Both the position numbers and the translations under genes were made by a program. Positions 53,208 to 62,710 of a stretch of 64,000 bases of DNA are shown piece by piece. The stretch covers positions 5,772 through 69,771 of the forward strand of contig CABQKC010000007.1 in the NCBI GenBank assembly GCA_902464635.1, written 5' to 3'. Source of the DNA: an uncultured Bacillales bacterium (lineage in GTDB: Bacteria; Bacillota_I; Bacilli_A; RFN20; CAG-826). Under the pieces are notes generated by a model, which saw nothing but the letters and a program-made list of their open reading frames with translations, did not search any database and was not told the origin of the DNA. Position 1 is the stretch's first letter. Every line of letters begins with the position of its first letter.

Positions 53208-53394
53208 ATTGAACTAAAAACTATCTCCTTTCAAATTTTTAATTTGTCTTTAGCAACTTCATTATAGACACTTTCTTGCCAAATGTTGCGTAAAAAATGC
53301 CAATTTTAAATATTTTTACCGGTATATTGATATTTATTACCAATTTTAGGGTTTATTTCCTTATATTAATAATAGAAACTCCTATAATTGAAGC

Positions 53395-53802
53395 ATGAAT
53401 AAATTACAGATTAGCTATATAAAAGAAAACGAAGTTGCTTCAAATAAATTCATGTCCATATTAAAAGGAGTTGGATATGATGTTATTTTCTCTAATGGAG
53501 AGATTGATGAAAATAGAGTTGGCCTACTTATTTTCTATAAAGGGGCAAGTAAGGAAAAGATGCTAAAGGAAATAAAATGGCTAGCAAAGCAAAACGAAAG
53601 ATCTTCCATTAAATATCTAAGGTTATTCCCTATATTCCTATTCGATAAGGAAGAGGATATAGAAAAAGACATCGATAGTTACGTCGATGCCTTTGATGAT
53701 TTTATTTCTGGTGAATTCAAGCCTTATGGATTTGTTCTAAGCAAGCCAAATAAATATATTGTTGAATTCAATAGGATTTTAGAAGAATCCTATTGCGAAT
53801 AA
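53395..53802 (+). CDS. Hypothetical protein with weak TIR/flavodoxin-like pattern
   Basis: 135 aa with 'LQISYIKENEVASNKFMSILKGVGYDVIF', 'VGLLIFYKGASKEKMLKEIKW' and 'LFPIFLF'. No Shine-Dalgarno sequence is present. A TATAAT box at 53381-86 ends 8 nt before the ATG, which suggests a possibly leaderless transcript. Confidence 0.3.
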   Translation: MNKLQISYIKENEVASNKFMSILKGVGYDVIFSNGEIDENRVGLLIFYKGASKEKMLKEIKWLAKQNERSSIKYLRLFPIFLFDKEEDIEKDIDSYVDAFDDFISGEFKPYGFVLSKPNKYIVEFNRILEESYCE

Positions 53803-54276
53803 TTATTCTTCAAATAGGAAATATCTTTTATCAGCCTTGACGACTTTTATTTCTTTTGGAGATGGATCTAATTCTAGCTTAAAACCATCCCTAGTATATT
53901 CAATCCCGTCATATGCTGTCTTGATTTCGATTTTAACGAAGTCTTTGACCCTATAGAATTTGTTATTAACTAGTAATATGGATCCTTTTAAAGGCTCGGA
54001 ATCCTTATTTTCCCAATAAGAGAAAGTATCATTATCTAATGTGCCAAATTTAGATTCTTCGTTACCTAATAAGAAATTATCCTTTGGGAGATATAATTTT
54101 GCTTCCGTGGAGAATTTTTCATAATTAGAACGGATATCGCTTTCTAGCATGGTGTTTGATACCGTTTTCTTTAAATTGGAGAAAAAGCCTTTAAATCCAC
54201 CACTTTTTTCTTCCTTTTTATCCTTTGGGGTTTCATCAACTACTTCAGCTTCAATAGTTTCTTTTTCTTTATTCAT
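53803..54276 (-). CDS. Hypothetical protein, last gene of the rnf-apbE operon
   Basis: 157-aa ORF overlapping the Gx-transporter gene stop by 8 nt. The N-terminus is acidic/Lys-rich. No family was recognised. Confidence 0.45.
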   Translation of the reverse strand: MNKEKETIEAEVVDETPKDKKEEKSGGFKGFFSNLKKTVSNTMLESDIRSNYEKFSTEAKLYLPKDNFLLGNEESKFGTLDNDTFSYWENKDSEPLKGSILLVNNKFYRVKDFVKIEIKTAYDGIEYTRDGFKLELDPSPKEIKVVKADKRYFLFEE

Positions 54277-54862
54277 TTTTAAGCACTCCTTTCAAGGGCA
54301 ACAAATATCTTAGTATCGTTTTCGACAGGATGCCAATAAATATTCCGCTAAATAATCCAATTGTTTCTAATATAGGCAAATAATATAAAATCCCAATATT
54401 GCCTAAATATATATAGCCGACTAATATCTGGCCTAGATTAAATCCAAGTGATCCTAACATCGAAATGACTATGATGCTTATTTTATTTCTAGCTAATTTG
54501 ACTAGGATAGCCATGATTAAAAAAGAAATTAATGCCCCTACTAATGACATCATGTTCCCCATTCCTAATAAGTTCCCCTTAAATATGGATAATAGAATTA
54601 CCCTAGATAAATCTATAAAGAAAGTAATCTTGAATCCATATTGATATAAGCAAATTAGAATCATTATATTGGCTAATCCTAGCTTAGCTCCTGCTAAAGG
54701 AGAAGGAATATAAGAATCGACAATACCTAATATAAGACAAAGGGAAGTAGATATACCAACCTTAGCTACAATATTTGGATTATTATCTTTTATATTTAAT
54801 CCTAAGAAATAAAGGAATATTAATAAGATTAGAATAATTCCAATCGAGGTAACTATATTCAT
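54269..54862 (-). CDS. Gx transporter family membrane protein (Hpre_diP_synt_I-like)
   Basis: 197-aa polytopic protein in the conserved position after the NusG_II gene. It overlaps that upstream gene by 4 nt. Confidence 0.55.
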   Translation of the reverse strand: MNIVTSIGIILILLIFLYFLGLNIKDNNPNIVAKVGISTSLCLILGIVDSYIPSPLAGAKLGLANIMILICLYQYGFKITFFIDLSRVILLSIFKGNLLGMGNMMSLVGALISFLIMAILVKLARNKISIIVISMLGSLGFNLGQILVGYIYLGNIGILYYLPILETIGLFSGIFIGILSKTILRYLLPLKGVLKNE

Positions 54863-55254
54863 AAAATTACCTCATAAGGAGAAGAAGACTCTATTTTAAT
54901 CGTGATGTCATTAAAGCTACATACGATTGGAAAAGAAGATGTATATCCTTGATTAATGCAATATTTATGGGGACAGCTAGATTCTTTGACGCATATATAA
55001 TCTTTCTTTATTCCTAATTTCATTTCGCCGTGCGTCCCACTTATATTTATTTCTCTTTCTTCCTTTTCTTTAGATAAATCAATAGAAAGGATAATCTCGT
55101 TTTTTAGATAGACATTAGCAATCTTATTTTCTTTCTTTGAAGACGAATAAAAATATAAGCCTAGACAAGAAGATAGACACAAAGCAAAAGCAACGATAAC
55201 AATTATCAAATCAATCTTGTGCTTTTTAAAAAATGATTTAGAAGAGTCCATCAC
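54859..55254 (-). CDS. NusG domain II-containing (DUF1312) membrane-anchored protein
   Basis: 131 aa with an N-terminal TM helix and the 'CPHKYCINQG' motif. Confidence 0.55.
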   Translation of the reverse strand: MMDSSKSFFKKHKIDLIIVIVAFALCLSSCLGLYFYSSSKKENKIANVYLKNEIILSIDLSKEKEEREINISGTHGEMKLGIKKDYICVKESSCPHKYCINQGYTSSFPIVCSFNDITIKIESSSPYEVIL

Positions 55255-56173
55255 TAGAATAAATTATATCATCATTGCCAATAGCAATCTTATAACCGTA
55301 TTCTTTTGCAAAATCCTTAATGGATTCCATATCCATATTAATAAATCCAGTTGAATATCCATCTATATAAGTTGAAGGGAATTTTCTATCCATTTTGTTA
55401 TCCAAAATAAGGCTATATTGATACATGGGTCTACTATTTCCATTTTTTGGATTAATAATATGAGAATATATTTCCCCATCAATTTCATATTTTTGCTCAA
55501 ATATAGAAGAAATTGATAATCCAGCATTTTTTATATTTAGTTGTCTTGAAGGATAATCTCTTAAAGTAACCTTGAAATTATTGTTTTCTAAGTCTCCGAA
55601 TATAGAAGAAGACGAACCAGCCGAGACTAGATAAGAAGAAATATTCTTATTGTCTAGATATTCTTTTATCTTATCAAGGCAATAACCTTTTCCAATCGAA
55701 CCTAAATCAATATTTCCTTCCCCTTCTAAAGTAATTGAATTAGAAGAAATATCAATACATGTCCCTCTTATTTTACCTAATTCAATATCAATTTCATCTT
55801 GGTCTAAAATCTTATTATTAGATAAGGAATCCATCCATTTTTGCTTTAATGATCCTAGATAAATGGAAAAAGTATCCATTCTTTTTTCTATATCTAGTCC
55901 AATAGATAAAGATTCTTTTAGATATATTGATGGATTATCTATTTTCCTATCATTATTTAATTTATATAGCTCAGCATTTTCATCATGGCTAGATAAAGAA
56001 GCCTCTATATCTTGGATAATGGAGACTATATTATCTAAATCCTTTTGTTCGCCTTCATATAGACGTATATCAAACAAAGTCGAAAAGGCATATGTAGAAG
56101 TCTTCAATGCCAATTTAGAAGGAGAGCATGAAGATAAAAGCAATATAGGGAGGAGAAAAACTATTCTTTTCAT
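55238..56173 (-). CDS. apbE: FAD:protein FMN transferase (ApbE) lipoprotein
   Basis: 311 aa with lipobox 'LLSSCS' and the ApbE motifs 'DLGSIGKGYCLD' and 'SAGSSS'. Confidence 0.8.
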   Translation of the reverse strand: MKRIVFLLPILLLSSCSPSKLALKTSTYAFSTLFDIRLYEGEQKDLDNIVSIIQDIEASLSSHDENAELYKLNNDRKIDNPSIYLKESLSIGLDIEKRMDTFSIYLGSLKQKWMDSLSNNKILDQDEIDIELGKIRGTCIDISSNSITLEGEGNIDLGSIGKGYCLDKIKEYLDNKNISSYLVSAGSSSSIFGDLENNNFKVTLRDYPSRQLNIKNAGLSISSIFEQKYEIDGEIYSHIINPKNGNSRPMYQYSLILDNKMDRKFPSTYIDGYSTGFINMDMESIKDFAKEYGYKIAIGNDDIIYSSDGLF

Positions 56174-56490
56174 TTTAAGGTAGGAACATGAAGAGTTCCA
56201 TCATCATCAGGATGGCTAGATAGATATTCAATAATCGGATCGAAGTTCTTATCTTTCTTGCCAGGTTTGCATTTAGAAATGTTCTTTTCTTTCCCTGAGA
56301 CGAGATTTTCCGCCATCTGGTGACATCCAGGATAGCCACAAGACCCACAATTATAATTAGGAAGCATCTTCTCTACATCGCTAATTCTAGAATCTTCTTT
56401 TACATAGAATAGCTTTGCAAATAAGGCAAGGGCTATACCAAGTACTAATCCAATACCCCCTACTATTAAGAAAGCATATAAAATTTCCAT
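56170..56490 (-). CDS. rnfB: Minimal RnfB: membrane anchor plus N-terminal Fe-S domain only
   Basis: 106 aa. A TM helix is followed by 'LPNYNCGSCGYPGCHQMAENLVSGKEKNISKCKPG', the RnfB N-terminal four-Cys domain. No ferredoxin-type CxxCxxCxxxCP motifs follow. Confidence 0.7.
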   Translation of the reverse strand: MEILYAFLIVGGIGLVLGIALALFAKLFYVKEDSRISDVEKMLPNYNCGSCGYPGCHQMAENLVSGKEKNISKCKPGKKDKNFDPIIEYLSSHPDDDGTLHVPTLK

Positions 56491-56493
56491 TTT

Positions 56494-56700
56494 TTACTTC
56501 TCCTTCGTGATACTTTTTGCATAAGGACAATCTGCTTTAGAGCATCCTTCACATTTAGCTTTATTAGCAAGCAAATCCTCGCATCCTTTTGGGACTGGAG
56601 TCTTTTTATAAAGGACAAAAGAAACTACAAATATGATAGCAAAAATAGCAATTAAGCTAATCCCTATAGCTAAATACCCACCTTGGCTAAGATAAATCAT
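56494..56700 (-). CDS. Small Cys-rich membrane protein between rnfA and rnfB
   Basis: 68 aa. A TM helix is followed by 'KGCEDLLANKAKCEGCSKADCPY' (C-x9-C-x2-C-x4-C). It has a 1-nt gap to rnfA and a 3-nt gap to rnfB. Confidence 0.5.
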   Translation of the reverse strand: MIYLSQGGYLAIGISLIAIFAIIFVVSFVLYKKTPVPKGCEDLLANKAKCEGCSKADCPYAKSITKEK

Positions 56701-56701
56701 A

Positions 56702-57289
56702 TTAGTTTCCTAACCCTCCTAATCCCATAAAGGCCATGGCCATAATTGAAGCAACAATTAAGGCAATTGGAATTCCTTTGAAAGCTTTTGGAGTCGAGGC
56801 GGATTCTAACCTAACTCTAATTGCTGCAAATAAAGTAATGACAATTAAGAAACCTAAAGAAGTCCCAATTCCATTAGCTAGACTAGATAAGAAATCTAGA
56901 TTAGAGGCAGTATTCTCGCTAACTACACCCAAGACGGCACAATTAGTAGTAATCAAAGGCAAATATATACCTAAGGATCTATATAAAGATGGGGAGTATT
57001 TCTTGATAAATAGACCTACAACCTGGACTAAGCTAGCAATAACTAAAATATAGGTAAGTGTATCCAAGAATCCAATTCCAGCTGGTACCAAGACATAATA
57101 ATAGATTGGATAACATATCAAAGTGGCTAATATTATGACAAAGCTAACTGCTAAGCCCATAAAGAAGGCACTTTTTATCTTATTGCCTACACCGACAAAA
57201 GAACAAATCCCATAGAATCTAACTAATACGACGTTATTAATAAGCGAATAAGACAATATGGCTAATAAAAACGATACAAGGATATTCAT
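56702..57289 (-). CDS. rnfA: Rnf complex subunit A
   Basis: 195-aa six-TM protein in the rnfCDGEAB order, with the 'TNCAVLG' motif. Confidence 0.9.
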   Translation of the reverse strand: MNILVSFLLAILSYSLINNVVLVRFYGICSFVGVGNKIKSAFFMGLAVSFVIILATLICYPIYYYVLVPAGIGFLDTLTYILVIASLVQVVGLFIKKYSPSLYRSLGIYLPLITTNCAVLGVVSENTASNLDFLSSLANGIGTSLGFLIVITLFAAIRVRLESASTPKAFKGIPIALIVASIMAMAFMGLGGLGN

Positions 57290-57996
57290 TTGTTTTCTCC
57301 TTTCATCTTGGCCAATTTAGCATCAACTTTCTTCTTGTTTTCCTTTTTGTTTCTAATTGATGTCAAGATAGCAAGTATTATTGCTACAACTAGGAAAGCC
57401 CCGGCTGGGTTAATAAAGAAAGAGAAAGCAAAACCATAATTCTCTCCCTTTAATAGATATAATTTAAAAGGCACTCCTCCATTTGCATTTGCAATAAAGG
57501 TGAATGTTGTTCCGAAAGTAAGCATCCCAGTACCTAATACTTCTCTAATCAAGGCAATTAGGCATATAGCTAGTGTATAACCTAACCCATTACCCAAAGC
57601 ATCTAGCATTGATAGAACCGGTCCATTCTTGCTAGAGAAGGCTTCCGCCCTACCTAAAACAATACAATTAACAACAATAAGAGAAATAAATACACCTAAT
57701 GTTGAATATAATTCAGGAAGATAGGCTTCACATAATAATTTAACTACCGTTACAAAGGAAGCAATGATAATGATATAACAAGGAATCTTTATTTCTTCTG
57801 GGATTAATTTCCTTAATAAAGAAATAAGTAAATTGGAGAAGAATAAGACAAAAGTAAATAAGACACCCATCCCTAAAGCAGCTTCTAAACTTTTAGTAAC
57901 TGCCAAAGCTGGACAAAATCCTAACAAGGAAACAAATAAAGGATTTTCTTTAATGATTCCAGATATAAATGTGGATTTATATTCTTTCTTTTCCAT
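57286..57996 (-). CDS. rnfE: Rnf complex subunit E
   Basis: 236 aa with 'GIIKENPLFVSLLGFCPALAVT' and 'VVNCIVLGRAEAF'. Confidence 0.9.
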   Translation of the reverse strand: MEKKEYKSTFISGIIKENPLFVSLLGFCPALAVTKSLEAALGMGVLFTFVLFFSNLLISLLRKLIPEEIKIPCYIIIIASFVTVVKLLCEAYLPELYSTLGVFISLIVVNCIVLGRAEAFSSKNGPVLSMLDALGNGLGYTLAICLIALIREVLGTGMLTFGTTFTFIANANGGVPFKLYLLKGENYGFAFSFFINPAGAFLVVAIILAILTSIRNKKENKKKVDAKLAKMKGENK

Positions 57997-58509
57997 TTAT
58001 TTGCCCTCCTTATAGTTACTTACTGCTTCTAATACCATCTCTTGAATTAATTTAGCCCCGAAAGTTGCCCCACAGCTAACATTATCCAAGGCAACTTCTT
58101 TATTAGACGAATTCATATATGGGTTAATGTAATTATCTTTTAATGTCTGGGCATAAGATTGATTTAAATCAAGGAAAGACATCCTTCCCAATTTAAATTC
58201 ACTTGATATCCCAACTAGTAAAGTAATCGACCCATATGCGTTTTTTCCAGAGCATTTATATATACGTCCTTGCTCTTTATTACTAATCTCCCAATATTTT
58301 TCAATGTGATTGATGTTTACTTCAATTGGAGAAGAAATATCTCCGCTAGGATAGATTTCCCTTAATAATTTTTCTTCTTTTTCTTTATTGTTTTTTGCAA
58401 TTACTTGGGAAGTAAAATGATTAACAACGCTAACTAAAGTAGATGAAATACCTGCAATAGCAAATAGAACTAGACCACATTTTAATATTTTCTTTGTTTC
58501 AGTCTTCAT
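57997..58509 (-). CDS. rnfG: Rnf complex subunit G (FMN-binding)
   Basis: The start was set at MKTETKK, which overlaps the rnfD stop as ATGA. The longer ORF-track N-terminus lies inside rnfD. The protein has a TM anchor and the flavinylation-type 'SCGATFG' motif. Confidence 0.8.
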   Translation of the reverse strand: MKTETKKILKCGLVLFAIAGISSTLVSVVNHFTSQVIAKNNKEKEEKLLREIYPSGDISSPIEVNINHIEKYWEISNKEQGRIYKCSGKNAYGSITLLVGISSEFKLGRMSFLDLNQSYAQTLKDNYINPYMNSSNKEVALDNVSCGATFGAKLIQEMVLEAVSNYKEGK

Positions 58510-59663
58510 ACTAAATTGCCTCCAAATCCAATCCCTAGCCCTACTACTAATAAAGAAATAGCAACAATACATCCCATGCAAATAAGTTTCCCTTTGCTAT
58601 ATCTAGATCCGCTCCAACTTGGATAATCGATAAATGGAGAAATCATATTACCAATAAGTATGGAATAAATGACTCCTTCTGGAAGGGCACCGAATAGACG
58701 GATAATGACAGTTATTACGCCTAATATTAATCCATATATTATTCTTCCCGGCGGATTAATTGGACATGTAACTGGATCAGTTGCCATGTAAGTTAATCCA
58801 AATAGGAATCCTCCCGAAAGAATTTGAAATCCCATAAACCTAAAGAAATCTATATTTTCCCTACTGCAGATTATTATTCCTGCTAAAGCCATTAAAAGGG
58901 TAAACATCCCAAAATAGGAAACTACTATCCTAAAATCAATCGCCCTTCTAATTAATAGATATATAAGTCCGATAAGGATAGCAATCTTGAAAGTCTCACC
59001 CATGACCCCACTATATTTACCTAGAAACATATCAAGAACACTTACTTGATTTATATATAAGAATTTGCCGGTTAATGAATTATGGCCACTAGGGACAACA
59101 AAACCATTTAATCCAGTTAATATAGTCCCGCCAGTAGTAACATTAAATGAATCTGGTACTAGATATTTAAAATGTGAGCCAAAGCAGATTTTAGCAAATA
59201 CCATTCCAACGGCAGCTGGATTAAATATATTGTTCCCGTTCCCGCCGAATACTAGTTTTCCTATTACTATTCCAAATATAGAGCCAAAAATGATAGTTAG
59301 ATAAATAAAGTAAACAGGTTCACAAGTCGAAGGTAATATAAGGGCAAATATAATTCCAGAAACACATGGGGCCAATATGTTATTGACCGAATAATGTTTC
59401 GTGGCCTCGTTATAATGCTCTTTGAAACTATGCTTATTCCCATCATAAGGGATATGATATCGAATTAATGTATAGATAAATTCGCATAAACACATCATCA
59501 AGCAGCTTAGACCTATATTAATCGCAGCTTGGTAAGAATAGAAAACAACTGAGCAAATAACTACAGGCGCTAAAGCGATAATTACATCAAGTAGCATCCT
59601 GCTTAATGAGTCTTTCCTTCTTAAGTGTGGCGATTTTTCTGCAACAATTTTTATTTCATTCAT
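58506..59663 (-). CDS. rnfD: Rnf complex subunit D
   Basis: 385-aa polytopic protein with 'NIFNPAAVG' and 'ATDPVT', typical of the RnfD/NqrB family. Confidence 0.9.
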   Translation of the reverse strand: MNEIKIVAEKSPHLRRKDSLSRMLLDVIIALAPVVICSVVFYSYQAAINIGLSCLMMCLCEFIYTLIRYHIPYDGNKHSFKEHYNEATKHYSVNNILAPCVSGIIFALILPSTCEPVYFIYLTIIFGSIFGIVIGKLVFGGNGNNIFNPAAVGMVFAKICFGSHFKYLVPDSFNVTTGGTILTGLNGFVVPSGHNSLTGKFLYINQVSVLDMFLGKYSGVMGETFKIAILIGLIYLLIRRAIDFRIVVSYFGMFTLLMALAGIIICSRENIDFFRFMGFQILSGGFLFGLTYMATDPVTCPINPPGRIIYGLILGVITVIIRLFGALPEGVIYSILIGNMISPFIDYPSWSGSRYSKGKLICMGCIVAISLLVVGLGIGFGGNLV

Positions 59664-60964
59664 GGAAGCTTTGCGATAATTTTCGCCCTCCTAACATAAT
59701 CTAATACCCTTATTTTGCTTGTGCATGAATATGAGCATAACCCACATTCGATACATCTTTCTGGGTGAAGTCTTTTGACTGCATCTTTATTCATTGCCTT
59801 AACCGCATTCATTATCTGGACTGGTTCTAATTTATTCGGGCAAGAAAGGACACAAGATCCACACCTAATGCAATTTTCTTCTTTACTTTCCTCTTTATTT
59901 AGAATAATTAGGGAAGTAACTGTTTTAGTAACAATGCAGTCATCGCTAGGCAAGGATGCACCCATCATCGGACCACCTAATATAAATACTTTTTCTTTAT
60001 CCTTATCTTTATATCCGCCACAATAGGAAATTAGTTCAGATACATGGGTACCAATCCTAACTTTGAAGTTAGAAGGAAAATTGATCCCATCTCCATTGAC
60101 CGATACATATCTATCAGTAACTGGCCTATTGAATTTGACCGCCTGATATATACCTTGGGCAGTCGAGACATTGAAATTGATAATCCCAAATTCGGCAGGA
60201 AGATGTCCAAAAGGAATCTTGATTCCAGTTGCTTCTTTAATCATCGCGATTTCCCAGCCCTGCGGATAATAATTCTTGACTGGACAAATCTCTATCCCTT
60301 TATTTTCTTCTCTTCTTAAGAAAGAGGAATAGACATCTATCAAATCCTTATATTTCCCTTTGACACAGATAAGAGCTTTCTTGCAGGAAAATGCCTGCAT
60401 GATGATTTTTATTCCACCTATTACTTCTTCTATGTCTTCTAACATCAATCTATGATCGCTAGTAATATATGGCTCGCATTCAATCCCGTTGATCAATATC
60501 TCTTCTATTTTCTTATCGGTTTGGAATTTGATATAGGTTGGGAAGGAAGATCCCCCTAACCCTACCATGGCGGTTTGCTTTAATATCTCGGTAATTTCAG
60601 CCTTACATAATTTGGATACTTCTTCATCGCTTCTAGGTTTGACGCTTTTGTCCCATTCTTCTTTGAAATCATTCTCGATAACTAGGAAATCAACTAATTT
60701 GCCAGAACGGTGATAATGCTTTTCTTTCCCAATGAAAGTACCTGAAACCGTCGCATGAATTGGCTGGTCGAAAAAGGCAGCATGCCTAATACCAATTTGT
60801 TGCCCTATTTTTACCTTGTCCCCAACATTAATGAATACCTCGCTTTTAGAGCAACGTGCATTGTCCGTGGCAAGATAGATAAATTTAGGAGGAGTAGCCT
60901 TAATCGAGGGTAATATACCCATCAATCCTTTGCTATCCTCGATATGTTTTGCTTTTGCAATCAT
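59660..60964 (-). CDS. rnfC: Rnf complex subunit C
   Basis: 434 aa with 'VGLGGSSFPT' and two ferredoxin motifs, 'CIRCGSCVLSCP' and 'CIECGLCSYSCT'. Confidence 0.9.
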   Translation of the reverse strand: MIAKAKHIEDSKGLMGILPSIKATPPKFIYLATDNARCSKSEVFINVGDKVKIGQQIGIRHAAFFDQPIHATVSGTFIGKEKHYHRSGKLVDFLVIENDFKEEWDKSVKPRSDEEVSKLCKAEITEILKQTAMVGLGGSSFPTYIKFQTDKKIEEILINGIECEPYITSDHRLMLEDIEEVIGGIKIIMQAFSCKKALICVKGKYKDLIDVYSSFLRREENKGIEICPVKNYYPQGWEIAMIKEATGIKIPFGHLPAEFGIINFNVSTAQGIYQAVKFNRPVTDRYVSVNGDGINFPSNFKVRIGTHVSELISYCGGYKDKDKEKVFILGGPMMGASLPSDDCIVTKTVTSLIILNKEESKEENCIRCGSCVLSCPNKLEPVQIMNAVKAMNKDAVKRLHPERCIECGLCSYSCTSKIRVLDYVRRAKIIAKLP

Positions 60965-61096
60965 AAAGACTCCTGCAAGTATGAATTCTTATAGCAAATG
61001 TATTCTACTACTTTCGGTAATTCAGTATAAGAGCATATTTGCTGATTTACCGATAATGTTATGCCAATATAAGTATATAAAGGAGAAAAAAAGAAA

Positions 61097-61363
61097 ATGG
61101 AAACCATAATAAAAGAAGATAAAATCGAATTAGTTCAAGAAGATAAAGTCGTTGGAAAAATCGAATTTATTAAAGATGGCAATGAATTAACTATCACCCA
61201 TACTATCGTTAATCCTCTTTTCAGAGGGCAAGGTATAGCAAAAATACTTATGGAAAAGGTAATAAACGAAGCGAAAGAAAAAGGATTAAAGATAATTCCA
61301 GTTTGCTCTTATGCCGTATCTTATTTTGAAAAGAACCCAGAATATAAGGAATTATTAAAATAG
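61097..61363 (+). CDS. Small GNAT-like acetyltransferase (YjdJ/Acetyltransf_CG type)
   Basis: 88 aa with 'ITHTIVNPLFRGQGIAKILMEKVINEAKEKGLKIIPVCSYA'. A strong AAGGAG RBS is present. Confidence 0.7.
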   Translation: METIIKEDKIELVQEDKVVGKIEFIKDGNELTITHTIVNPLFRGQGIAKILMEKVINEAKEKGLKIIPVCSYAVSYFEKNPEYKELLK

Positions 61364-61387
61364 GCCTCTAAACTAGAAGCCTAAATA

Positions 61388-62710
61388 TTAATCTATTGTA
61401 GGAAGGCAAGAAGCAATATAGCTTTGCCCTAGCCTTTTGAAGTTTTCATCAGGAGTAAATACTTCTATATTTGCTTTCTTTTCCTTTAGATAATTAGAAG
61501 CGACATCTTTAATTATCTCTCCCCCGACTCCAGTTAATACGCGACCTAGTAGAAGTACGCTACTAATAGGAGCAAACAAAGAGAAATAATATATGGCATC
61601 GCCTAGATATAATCCCATATCATGATAGGCATCTAGAGTCAATTTATCGCCACGCTTAGCGTCTTCTTGTATTTCAAGAAGTTTGCTAGGAAAATTTTTG
61701 CCTTTATATTTCTTGCCGTTTTTCTCTAGTAACAGAACAATTCCTTTTTGGGAAAGATAATCGCTAGCAGCACCTTTTATGTTGAATATATAATGGCTTC
61801 TTGCGTTAATATCGAAATTAACCGGTACTTTAGATAATTCGTTGATGAAATTATTTAAGCATCCTTTCGATGCATATCCTGCTGCAAAAGAAGTGCCTAA
61901 TGCTAGTCCTAAGACATTATCCTTATTAAATAATAAAGAAGCTCCAATCGCTGAGACATCCCCATCATTTGCAACTGCAAAAGGGACGCCTTTGAAATGT
62001 TTATTTATAATATTAAAGAATATAGGTGCTACATGTTCTTTAATATCTATAGATGGAACATCTTTAAATAAAGCAGGTGATTTATAATAGTTATCTAAAA
62101 TAACTCCTGCTGTAGATATTCCAATCGCATCGACTCTAGGAAGATATGATTTAGCCCTTAATAAAGAATCTAATATACCTTCTTCATGATATCTATAATC
62201 TTTTTGGTTTTTTGGATCCCAGATAACTTCTTCTGAAAATAAGACTTCCCCATCTTTAGAAGCAGTTACTTTTCTATCCGAACCACCTAGATCTAACCCA
62301 ATCCTATATCCATCAAAAGAAGTACCAAATCTAGTCAAATGTTCTTTTTTAGCTAAAGGGGCTAGATTTTCTTTTACTTCGAAAGGAATAGAAAAGATAG
62401 TTTCCATTTCATTAAAGGAATTTAGCACCTCTTCATCTTTATATAGCTTGTACTTTAGATAGATAAAGAAATCATGGTTCCCATTATAATAAATAGAATC
62501 CCCTCCAACCATCCAGATAAGGGTAAGGATAATCTTTTTTACATAATAGTAGCTAGATTCAAAGTCAGTTGAGATTTTAAAAGAATAAGGGAAGATGATG
62601 GAATCACCCCTACTTAAGGTGAGGGTTATCCCTTCACTTCCCTTTTTATTTGCATTTAATATCTCTTCTGAAGCGAATTTATAATCACGTTCTAGAAGAA
62701 ATTTGCTCAT
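61388..62710 (-). CDS. ASKHA/ROK-like sugar kinase homologue with about 130-aa N-terminal extension
   Basis: 440 aa with 'IGLDLGGSDRKV', 'AIGISTAGV', 'VANDGDVSAIG' and 'LALGTSFAAGY'. The ROK zinc CxCGxxGC motif is absent. Confidence 0.5.
   Translation of the reverse strand: MSKFLLERDYKFASEEILNANKKGSEGITLTLSRGDSIIFPYSFKISTDFESSYYYVKKIILTLIWMVGGDSIYYNGNHDFFIYLKYKLYKDEEVLNSFNEMETIFSIPFEVKENLAPLAKKEHLTRFGTSFDGYRIGLDLGGSDRKVTASKDGEVLFSEEVIWDPKNQKDYRYHEEGILDSLLRAKSYLPRVDAIGISTAGVILDNYYKSPALFKDVPSIDIKEHVAPIFFNIINKHFKGVPFAVANDGDVSAIGASLLFNKDNVLGLALGTSFAAGYASKGCLNNFINELSKVPVNFDINARSHYIFNIKGAASDYLSQKGIVLLLEKNGKKYKGKNFPSKLLEIQEDAKRGDKLTLDAYHDMGLYLGDAIYYFSLFAPISSVLLLGRVLTGVGGEIIKDVASNYLKEKKANIEVFTPDENFKRLGQSYIASCLPTID

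Noticed and set aside
57997-58581. Long N-terminal extensions of rnfG (MHGMYCCYFF...) and of the second feoA (51497..51529, MYPWALRLRFN).
   Set aside because: The extensions lie inside the preceding genes (rnfD, feoA-1). Internal ATGs that overlap the upstream stop codons give proteins of canonical length.
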